From Phycisphaera mikurensis NBRC 102666 (GTDB lineage Bacteria > Planctomycetota > Phycisphaerae > Phycisphaerales > Phycisphaeraceae): 32,000 nucleotides of DNA. Position numbers and translations under genes: made by a program. This document shows positions 25,330 through 32,000 of this stretch, one piece after another. The DNA lies in NCBI RefSeq assembly GCF_000284115.1, contig NC_017080.1:1410001-1442000 (forward strand), given 5' to 3'. The first letter of the stretch is position 1; each line of letters begins with the position of its first letter. The notes below the pieces were generated by a model that did not search any database, was not told where the DNA came from, and was given only the letters and a program-made list of their open reading frames with translations.

Positions 25330-26154
25330 TCAGTCCGCGGCGTCTTCCACGGCCGCGGGTGCGTCGTCCCCGAACCACCGGTCCTGGATGGTGTCGAATT
25401 GTCCCGAGGCCTTGACGTTCGCGAGGCCCGCGTTGAGCGTCTCGAGCAGCTCGGTGTTGCCCTTGCGGACGGCCATGCCGTAGTCGTCGGCGACGAGCAC
25501 CTCCGGCAGGATGATGACCTTGTCCGGGCGGCTCTTGGCGTAGGTCTCGCTGACGGGCTTGTCGTTGATGACGGCGTCCACCTTGCCGGCAACCAGCGCC
25601 TCCATCGACAGCCCCACGTCCTGGAAGGTCTGCACGCCGCCGATCTTGCCCTCGGCCGCGAGCTCCTCGGCGGCCGTGGCCCCGGTCGTCCCGATGTTCA
25701 CGCCGACCTGCCTGCCCGCGAGGTCGTCCACGCCCCCGATGCCGGTGTCGGGGCGGGTGGCGATGACGAGGCCGGCGTTGACGTAGGGGTCGGTGAAGTC
25801 GACGGTCTGCTGGCGCTCCTCGGTGATCGACATGCCCGAGACGGCGACGTCGATCTGGCCGCTGTTGAGCGAGGGGATCAGCGAGTCGAAGCCGACGTCG
25901 CGGAAGTCCGGCGTGAAACCCTGATCCTCGGCGATCGCCTTGAAGAGGTCGATGTCGAAGCCGACCGTGACGTCGTTCTCGTCCTTCATCTCGAACGGCG
26001 GGAAGGTCGGCTCGGTGCCGACCACGACGGTCCTGGCCGCGTCGTCGCCCCCGGTGGCGGCCGCGTCGCCGCCGCCGGCCTCGCCGCAGCCGGCGAGCGA
26101 GAGGGGGACGGCGGCGAGGGCGAGGACGGCGGGCAGGAGCTTGCGGCGGTTCAT
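25330..26154 (-). CDS. amino-acid ABC transporter substrate-binding lipoprotein
   Basis: Within ORF 25330..26232. ATG at 26154 gives MNRRKLLPAVLALAAVPLSLAGC (lipobox). Family-3 SBP motifs GTEPTFPPFE, GFDIDL, DVAVSGMSIT. Confidence 0.85.
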   Translation of the reverse strand: MNRRKLLPAVLALAAVPLSLAGCGEAGGGDAAATGGDDAARTVVVGTEPTFPPFEMKDENDVTVGFDIDLFKAIAEDQGFTPDFRDVGFDSLIPSLNSGQIDVAVSGMSITEERQQTVDFTDPYVNAGLVIATRPDTGIGGVDDLAGRQVGVNIGTTGATAAEELAAEGKIGGVQTFQDVGLSMEALVAGKVDAVINDKPVSETYAKSRPDKVIILPEVLVADDYGMAVRKGNTELLETLNAGLANVKASGQFDTIQDRWFGDDAPAAVEDAAD

Positions 26155-26228
26155 GGGGAGCTCGGCGGTGTCGCGGCGGGGCAGGCCGGGCGAGGGTAAG
26201 GGCTGCGCGGGCGTGCTTGCCCGCGGCC

Positions 26229-26969
26229 TCACTCGGAGCGCAGCGCGGCGGCCCGCGCGAGGGCGGCGTGCTCGCGGGTGAGCCCGAGGGTGAGTCCGGG
26301 CAGGCGGAGCTCGCCGCCGCGGGAGCGTCCCAACGCCCGAGCGGCCTCCCGCGGCAGCAGGAAGACCAGCCGCTCGTCGAGCTTCGGCGGCCGGGCGGCG
26401 TTCTGCGTGCGGATGCGCGGGTCGCTGAGCGAGCGATCGCTCAGCAGCGTGTAGCCCTCCAGCGGCAGCACGAACGCCTCGCCGTCGACGACGAGCCCGG
26501 CCGTCTCGGCGCCGGCCAGCCGCGAGCTGCGGCTGCCGAGCGTCTCGAGCACGAGCACCAGCGGATCGACGGGGCGGTCCTCCGCGGCGAGCGCCTCCCC
26601 AGGGTGGGTGAAGCCGACGGCGACCGCGTAGCGGGAGAAGCCCAAGAGGGCGCCGGACGCGGCCGCGATCCGCGCGCTGAGCACCGTGGTGCGGCCCGAG
26701 GCCGGATCGAAGACGGAGCGGAAGCGGCCTTGCTCGCGATCGACCAGCTCGCCCTTGGCGGGCAGGCCGGCGAGAGCCTCGAGGCGGCGGTTCTCGGTGG
26801 CGAGGTCCTCGCGGAGCTCGGGCGAGGGCGCGGGCGGCGGCGTCGCCGAGGCCTCCAGCCGCTCGCGCAGCGCGGCGTTCTCGGCCCGCAGCGCGGCGAC
26901 CTCGGCGCGGTCGGAGGCGCAGCCGGCGAGCAGCAGCGGGGCGGCGAGGGCGGCGAGGAGCGGGCGCAT
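26229..26969 (-). CDS. hypothetical lipoprotein with N-terminal coiled-coil segment
   Basis: ORF 26229..26969. MRPLLAALAAPLLLAGC lipobox. No family recognised. Confidence 0.55.
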   Translation of the reverse strand: MRPLLAALAAPLLLAGCASDRAEVAALRAENAALRERLEASATPPPAPSPELREDLATENRRLEALAGLPAKGELVDREQGRFRSVFDPASGRTTVLSARIAAASGALLGFSRYAVAVGFTHPGEALAAEDRPVDPLVLVLETLGSRSSRLAGAETAGLVVDGEAFVLPLEGYTLLSDRSLSDPRIRTQNAARPPKLDERLVFLLPREAARALGRSRGGELRLPGLTLGLTREHAALARAAALRSE

Positions 26970-26988
26970 CGGCCCAGTGTGCCCTCGA

Positions 26989-27693
26989 TCAGCCGGGCGC
27001 GTGCTCCGCCTCGGTGAAGTGCCGCCACGCGTGCACGACCGCGTCGGCGACGGCGTCGACGCCCTCGCCCTTGCGGACGGCGGTCATCAGGAACGGCCCC
27101 TCGTCCCGCATCGTGGCCGCGTCGTCGCGCATCACCGCCAGGTCGGCGCCGACGGCGTCGGCGAGGTCGATCTTGTTGATGACGAGCAGGTCGCTCTGGG
27201 TGATGCCCGGCCCGCCCTTGCGGGGCACCTTGTCGCCGCCGGCGACGTCGATCACGTAGATCGTGAAGTCGGCCAGCTCGCGGCTGAAGTGCGCGGCGAG
27301 GTTGTCGCCGCCGGACTCGCACAGCAGCAGCTCGGGGTGGTGGCGCTTGGTCAGCGACTCGAGCGCGAGCAGGTTGGGCGTTACGTCCTCGCGGATCGCG
27401 GTGTGCGGGCAGCCGCCGGTCTCGACCGCGGCGATGCGGTCGTGCGGGAGGGCGTCGTGGCGGACCAGGAACTCGGCGTCTTCGCGGGTGAAGATGTCGT
27501 TGGTCACGACGGCGAGCGAGAGCTTCTCCCGCAGCTTCAGGCACAGCGCGAGCACGAGCGCCGTCTTCCCGGAGCCGACGGGCCCGCCGATGCCGACGGT
27601 GAAGGCGCGTCGGGCGGTGTCGCGGCCGACGAGCGCGGCCTCGCGGTGGGCGAAGTGGCCGGGGTCGTCGGCGTGGTCGGCGGACATGTGCAT
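26989..27693 (-). CDS. ureG: urease accessory GTPase UreG
   Basis: ORF 26989..27693. [10 protein letters not shown]-loop, ETGGCPH, ESGGDNL, INKIDL. Confidence 0.95.
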   Translation of the reverse strand: MHMSADHADDPGHFAHREAALVGRDTARRAFTVGIGGPVGSGKTALVLALCLKLREKLSLAVVTNDIFTREDAEFLVRHDALPHDRIAAVETGGCPHTAIREDVTPNLLALESLTKRHHPELLLCESGGDNLAAHFSRELADFTIYVIDVAGGDKVPRKGGPGITQSDLLVINKIDLADAVGADLAVMRDDAATMRDEGPFLMTAVRKGEGVDAVADAVVHAWRHFTEAEHAPG

Positions 27694-27887
27694 GGATCAA
27701 TCCTCAAGCGGGTGTCGCGGCGGCAGCGGGCCGAGCCGTTGTAGCCCACCCGCCGCGGAGGAGCGGAAGCCTTCGAAGCGCAAGAGCGTGGAACAAAAGA
27801 TGAACGCCCCCAAAACCACCCCAGCCCCCACCCACCCCGCCGCCCTCCACAACGCCCCCCCCCACCCGCCCGCCCCCCCAGACCCTC

Positions 27888-28008
27888 CGCTTCCTCGCTC
27901 CCCCACTTCCCCACTTCTCCACTTCTCCGCTTCTCCGCTTCTCCACTTCTTCGCTTCCTCACTTCTTCGCTTCTTCGCTTGCCTCCGCGCAGCGGATCCC
28001 CCCCCCTC
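27888..28008. repeat. 12 tandem CRCTTCYY octamers plus conserved hairpin and C-run module in the ureF-ureG spacer
   Basis: Units read in phase from 27888 to 27983 (cgcttcct, cgctcccc, cacttccc, cacttctc x2, cgcttctc x2, cacttctt, cgcttcct, cacttctt, cgcttctt, cgcttgcc). Module TTGCCTCCGCGCAGCGGATCCCCCCCCC at 27979-28006 lies 2 nt from the ureF stop (28009-28011). Confidence 0.85.
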
Positions 28009-28683
28009 TCAACTCTGAAACAACTTCGAATACAGCCGCGGCTGCTCCCCGCTGAGCAGCGTGAGCAGGGGGCTCGTCGTGCAGACCTCCTCGAGCGAAC
28101 GGGCCAGGCTTCCGTCCGCCAGCGACTCCGCCTCGGCGGCGAGGCGGGCGAGGCGGGCCTGGGCGTCGAGCGGGCCGGCGATGCCGAGGCGGACGGCGGC
28201 GGAGAAGACCGTCCGGGCATCGGCGAAGAGGAAGGCCCGCGCAGCCTCCGATGCCCCGACGCCGGCGGCGGAGGTGACCAGCCCGAAGGCCACGGGCAGG
28301 TGGCCTCCGCCGGCGAGCGCGGCCTCCGCCTCCGCCACGCCGGGCAGGGCGAGCCCGCGGGCGGCGGCGAGCAGCCCGCCGCCGAGGCGGAGGCTCGCGC
28401 GGTGCGCGACCGCCTCGGCGGTGGCGGCCCCGCAGCGGGCATCCAGGTCGCGGAGCCGCGGGGGGTCGTCCGCGGCCCGCCCGGCGGCCCGGACGAAGAC
28501 CAGCGGGCCGGCGGCCAGGTCCCGGAAGCGTCGCCGCGCGAAGCGCTCCACGCCCGCCGCGTCCGCGACGCGGCCGGCCTGCGCCGCGGCCTCGAGCCCG
28601 CCGGAGTGGGCGAACCCGCCCGCGGGGAAGGCGCTGTCGATCACCTGCCAAAGGGTCCACGGGGCGGAGGAGGGGGCACCCAT
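28009..28683 (-). CDS. ureF: urease accessory protein UreF
   Basis: ORF 28009..28683. N-terminal LWQVIDSAFPAGGFAHSGGLE motif typical of UreF. All-helical Ala-rich remainder. Confidence 0.85.
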   Translation of the reverse strand: MGAPSSAPWTLWQVIDSAFPAGGFAHSGGLEAAAQAGRVADAAGVERFARRRFRDLAAGPLVFVRAAGRAADDPPRLRDLDARCGAATAEAVAHRASLRLGGGLLAAARGLALPGVAEAEAALAGGGHLPVAFGLVTSAAGVGASEAARAFLFADARTVFSAAVRLGIAGPLDAQARLARLAAEAESLADGSLARSLEEVCTTSPLLTLLSGEQPRLYSKLFQS

Positions 28684-28794
28684 GGCTCCACCATGACCAC
28701 ACCGCGCGTCCGGTGCAAAGCAGGAAGCGTTGACGCAACGAAGCGGCCTGGTGCATGCTGAGCTACCACCTCTGGAGATTCTGCCTAATCCGGT

Positions 28795-28810
28795 TGCAAT
28801 GTTCCTGCCG
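28795..28810 (-). promoter_or_regulatory. candidate sigma-54 (-24/-12) promoter directed toward ureF
   Basis: Minus strand reads CGGCAGG-AACA-TTGCA against consensus TGGCACG-N4-TTGCA. The GG and GC dinucleotides have exact spacing. It lies about 110 nt upstream of the ureF ATG in a lower-GC divergent intergenic region. Confidence 0.3.
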
Positions 28811-28935
28811 CTGCTTATGATGCCGCGCGTCGCCGGGGTCGTGAAGATTGTTCACGGCCCGCACGCCCCGACGCGGCTACTGGCGACGTGTTCATTCCCG
28901 GGCCAGCTGGCTCAATCCTCACGGAGTTTCTGAAG

Positions 28936-29928
28936 ATGCGTGGAACCCTTTTCTGCACCCCTGCCCTGCTCTCCGCCGCTCTCCTGGCCGGCACCTCCGC
29001 CACCGCCCAGGCCGACGCGGACCTGCAGGACGAGTCGCTGATCGAACGCCTCGGCGGCCAGGCCACCCAGCAGAACCTCGATGCGCCCGGGCGGTCGAGC
29101 ACCCAGATGGTCGTGCCCGAGCCGATCGTGGACGAGACGACCATGGGCATCTCGGCTTCCGTCGGAGGGGCGTACAACACGCACTTCGTCTCCTACGGCT
29201 TCGACATCTGGGGCGCCGGCACCGACTTCGGCGACAACGCCACCTTCAACCCCACCTTCGACCTCGCGATCGACCTGGGCAGCGAGATCCTCGGCGAGGA
29301 CTTCGCCCCGCTGGTCGCCAGCTTCGGCATCTGGGCCGACATCAACAACAACGCGCCCGACACGATCGGCGGAGACCTCCAGGAGGTCGACTTCTACTAC
29401 GGCCTTGGCTCGGGCTACGGCGACTTCGCCTTCAGCGTCACCTACCAGCAGTGGATCTACGCCGGCGCCGTGGAGCAGGTGCTGGACCTGGGCATCGCCT
29501 ACGACGACAGCGGCCTCTGGGACAACGGCTTCGCCTTCAACCCCAGCGTGCTGATCCACAAGCGCCTCTCCGGCGCCAACGCCAACTTCACCGGGGAGGA
29601 CGGCGTCACCCCCCGCAGCTCCAACGGCTTCGCCTACCTGCTCGGCGTGGAGCCGGCCTTCGACATCATCGACAACGACGCCTTCCCGATGTCGCTGTCG
29701 ATCCCCGTGGTCGTGGCCTTCGGCGACGACGAGTTCTACACCGAGGCCGGCTTCGCCTACGTCTCGGTCGGCGCCCAGTTCGCGTTCCCGCTGAGCTTCA
29801 TCCCCGCCGACCTCGGCGAGTGGGGCGTCTCCGCCGGCGTCACCGGCTACTTCACCGACGAGGACGCCATCGGCAACGTCGACGACTCCTTCCTCACCGG
29901 CAACGTCGGCCTCTCGCTGGCCTTCTGA
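28936..29928 (+). CDS. outer-membrane beta-barrel protein, putative porin
   Basis: Within ORF 28888..29928. ATG at 28936 gives the signal peptide MRGTLFCTPALLSAALLAGTSATAQA. Gly/aromatic/Asp-rich with alternating patterns. C-terminal LSLAF. Confidence 0.6.
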   Translation: MRGTLFCTPALLSAALLAGTSATAQADADLQDESLIERLGGQATQQNLDAPGRSSTQMVVPEPIVDETTMGISASVGGAYNTHFVSYGFDIWGAGTDFGDNATFNPTFDLAIDLGSEILGEDFAPLVASFGIWADINNNAPDTIGGDLQEVDFYYGLGSGYGDFAFSVTYQQWIYAGAVEQVLDLGIAYDDSGLWDNGFAFNPSVLIHKRLSGANANFTGEDGVTPRSSNGFAYLLGVEPAFDIIDNDAFPMSLSIPVVVAFGDDEFYTEAGFAYVSVGAQFAFPLSFIPADLGEWGVSAGVTGYFTDEDAIGNVDDSFLTGNVGLSLAF

Positions 29929-29940
29929 ACCAACGGCGAC

Positions 29941-29965
29941 GGCCCGCGTTCCACGCGCGCGGGCC
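29941..29965 (+). terminator. GC hairpin after the porin gene, weak terminator candidate
   Basis: GGCCCGCG (29941-29948) pairs with CGCGGGCC (29958-29965) around a 9-nt loop. No U-tract follows. Confidence 0.2.
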
Positions 29966-30091
29966 TCATCGGGGTCGGCTTCCCACCGGGAGCCGGTCCT
30001 CTTTCCGACAGCCACCACGCTTCCCGGCCTCCTGGTCGGAGACTGTCCCGCGCGAAGACGGACCCGCGCAGAACCCCGGAACCCAGACTCC

Positions 30092-31378
30092 ATGCAACGC
30101 CGCCCCTTCCTCCGCCTCGCCGCCGCCGCGGCCCTCGCCCTGCCGTTCACCGGTGCCTTCGCGCCCCACGCCTCCGCGGAGGACGGCCCGAAGGTCAAGA
30201 TCGGCGTGCTCCACTCGCTCTCGGGAACGATGGCGATCTCGGAGACCTCCCTCCGCGACGTCGTGCTCATGGCCGCCGAGGAGATCAACGAGGCCGGCGG
30301 CGTCGAGGTCGGCGGGGAGTCTCACATGATCGAGCCGGTCGTCGTCGACCCCGCGTCGGACTGGCCGCTCTTCGCGGAGAAGGCCAAGGAGCTGATCGAC
30401 CAGGACGTCGCGGCGATCTTCGGCTGCTGGACCAGCGTGTCCCGCAAGTCGGTCCTCCCGGTGATCGAGGAGGAGAACGCGCTGCTGTTCTACCCCGTGC
30501 AGTACGAGGGCGAGGAGCAGAGCCTCAACGTCTTCTACACGGCGGCCTCGCCCAACCAGCAGCTCGTCCCGGCGGCGCAGTACGCGATCGACGAGCTGGG
30601 CAGCAAGAAGTTCTACCTGCTGGGCACCGACTACGTCTTCCCGCGGACGGCGAACAAGGTGCTCAAGGCGTTCCTGCTGAAGGAGGGCGTGCCCGAGGAG
30701 AACATCATGGAGGAGTACACGCCCTTCCACCACCAGGACTACCAGACGATCGTCTCGAAGATCAAGCAGTTCGGGGCGTCCGGTGACGCGGTCGTTCTCT
30801 CGACGATCAACGGCGACTCCAACGTGCCCTTCTACACCGAGTTCGCGAACCAGGGCCTCACCTCCAGCGACGTGCCGATCATCGCCTTCTCGGTCGCCGA
30901 GGACGAGCTCCGCTCGATGGACACCTCCAAGCTGGTCGGCCACCTCGCGGCGTGGAACTACTTCCAGTCGCTGCCCGGCGAAGCCAACGAGGCCTTCGTG
31001 GAGGCTTTCAAGGCGTACTGCCAGGAGAACAACCTGCCCGGCGGCGACGCCCGGGTGACCGGCGACCCGATCGAGGCCGCCTACTACGGCGTGTACGTCT
31101 GGAAGATGGCGGCCGAGAAGGCGGACAGCTTCGACGTGGACAAGGTGCGCGAAGCGGTCTATGGCATGGAGTTCGAGGCCCCCGGCGGCACGAAGAAGAT
31201 GCACGAGAGCAACCAGCACACCTACAAGCCCGTCTACATCGGCGAGATCCGCGCCGACGGGCAGTTCGACATCGTCTGGGAGTCCGACGGCCTGGTCGAG
31301 CCCGACAGCTACTCCAGCCTGCTGCACAGCCCCGAAGAGCTCGCCGCCATCGAGCCCACCGGCGGCCCGAAGAAGTGA
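30092..31378 (+). CDS. urtA: urea ABC transporter substrate-binding protein UrtA
   Basis: ORF 30092..31378. Tat-like signal MQRRPFLRLAAAAALALP. Hallmark blocks KIGVLHSLSGTMAISE, FGCWTSVSRKSVLPV, LLFYPVQYEGEE, YTAASPNQQ. Confidence 0.9.
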   Translation: MQRRPFLRLAAAAALALPFTGAFAPHASAEDGPKVKIGVLHSLSGTMAISETSLRDVVLMAAEEINEAGGVEVGGESHMIEPVVVDPASDWPLFAEKAKELIDQDVAAIFGCWTSVSRKSVLPVIEEENALLFYPVQYEGEEQSLNVFYTAASPNQQLVPAAQYAIDELGSKKFYLLGTDYVFPRTANKVLKAFLLKEGVPEENIMEEYTPFHHQDYQTIVSKIKQFGASGDAVVLSTINGDSNVPFYTEFANQGLTSSDVPIIAFSVAEDELRSMDTSKLVGHLAAWNYFQSLPGEANEAFVEAFKAYCQENNLPGGDARVTGDPIEAAYYGVYVWKMAAEKADSFDVDKVREAVYGMEFEAPGGTKKMHESNQHTYKPVYIGEIRADGQFDIVWESDGLVEPDSYSSLLHSPEELAAIEPTGGPKK

Positions 31379-31429
31379 GGCGCTACATGAGCCGCTCGCA
31401 CGGAAGCGCTCGGTGACCGCGCCTTTGAA

Positions 31430-31569
31430 CGAGCAGCGCTTCGCTTGAACACAGAGGGCACAGAGGCACAGAGGCACAGAGAGAGGCACAGGGCAAGGCG
31501 GAGAGAGTCCGCTCCCCCCTTGGGCCTCCGTGCCTCTTCTCCCTCCGTGTTTCAGAGAAGCGTTGCTCG
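31430..31569. repeat. structured intergenic element: CACAGAGG tandem units, hairpin plus C-run, reverse-complement arm, outer 13-bp stem
   Basis: Outer stem CGAGCAGCGCTTC (31430-31442) against GAAGCGTTGCTCG (31557-31569), 12 of 13 complementary. CACAGAGG-type units 31450-31493. GGCGGA-GAGAG-TCCGCT hairpin followed by CCCCCC (about 31497-31519). Pyrimidine arm CCTCCGTGCCTCTTCTCCCTCCGTG (31525-31549). Confidence 0.8.
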
Positions 31570-31627
31570 GGATCACACCGAGGTGCACACGCTTCTTGGG
31601 ATGATCTGAACTTCTGCCACCGGGTCC

Positions 31628-32000
31628 ATGCGCGACAGGGTCATGAGAGTTCACCTTCCGCTGCTCATGGCGACGCTCCTCGCCCTGCCGATCGGGGCGC
31701 AGGAGAATCCGCGGACCGTGGGGGTTTCGGGCGAAAAGGAGGCACGGTCCGCGGATCTGATCGTGGGGCCGGGCGTGGCCGAGGTGCCGGAGTCAGCGGC
31801 GGCGGTTCCCGAAGCGGAGGAAGAGCAAGCCGACGCGGTGGGGCGGGTGATCCTGGCGGCGGTGCCGGAGCTGGGGGAGCGGAAGACGGCCGAGGACGCG
31901 GTCGATCGGCTCATCGGTCTCAAGGACGTCCGCGTGAAGCGGCTGTTCGAGCGGCTGGTGGCCTCGGAGGTCTACGAGCGCGGCGACGAAGCCGGAATCG
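31628..32000 (+). CDS. partial CDS (runs off window), secreted N-terminus; possibly the N-terminal extension of urea ABC permease UrtB
   Basis: Open frame from ATG 31628 (or in-frame ATG 31643) to the window end, absent from the ORF track because it has no stop. MRVHLPLLMATLLALPIGAQE signal-like start. High third-position GC. Lies directly downstream of urtA. Confidence 0.45.
   Translation, partial: MRDRVMRVHLPLLMATLLALPIGAQENPRTVGVSGEKEARSADLIVGPGVAEVPESAAAVPEAEEEQADAVGRVILAAVPELGERKTAEDAVDRLIGLKDVRVKRLFERLVASEVYERGDEAGI

Noticed and set aside
28684-28935. Guanidine (ykkC-type) or another riboswitch upstream of the porin/urtA genes. Also plus-strand sigma-54-like sites TGGTGCATGCTGAGC (28749-28763) and TGGCGACGTGTTCAT (28881-28895).
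   Set aside because: I could not find the conserved ykkC blocks (for example GGUCCGAGAG or CUAGGGUUCCG). The first plus-strand site has the correct GG-N10-GC spacing but poor flanking bases and lies 170 nt upstream. The second lacks the -12 GC. Both are too weak to call.
28912-31654. Minus-strand ORFs 28912..30288 and 29966..31654, antisense to the porin gene and urtA.
   Set aside because: They are antisense shadows. urtA and the porin have signal peptides and family features; these ORFs do not.

Overview
Very GC-rich bacterial chromosomal window (about 70% or more by eye). PEP-CTERM, a Bat-like MoxR/VWA cluster and weak Shine-Dalgarno usage suggest Planctomycetota (Phycisphaerae-like); this is inference only. 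I support about 27 protein-coding genes and found no rRNA, tRNA, CRISPR array, transposase or integrase.

Layout:
- 1-2.4 kb: three small secreted/membrane ORFs. One has no stop codon.
- 2.4-10.8 kb: housekeeping genes alaS, a possible Fe/2OG oxygenase, pheA, an LpxR-family outer-membrane protein and glutamine-dependent nadE.
- 10.8-11.7 kb: a PEP-CTERM zinc metalloprotease.
- 11.9-23.7 kb: a co-directional minus-strand cluster of MoxR ATPase, DUF58, BatA_N/VWA, VWA, a DUF4175-like giant membrane protein and DUF4159. Start and stop codons overlap at most junctions. It is followed by a LarC C-terminal-only ORF and a membrane coiled-coil protein.
- 23.7-26.2 kb: a polar amino-acid ABC transporter.
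- 26.2-28.7 kb: a lipoprotein, ureG and ureF.
- 28.9-32.0 kb: a divergent porin, urtA and a probable urtB 5' end.

The most unusual signal is non-coding. Structured intergenic elements sit at four sites (7.4, 22.4, 27.9 and 31.4 kb). Each is built from tandem 8-9 nt purine-rich units and their reverse complements. Two copies share a 28-nt hairpin plus C-run module that abuts a stop codon.

Many very long alternative-frame ORFs in the track are GC-driven shadows and are rejected.
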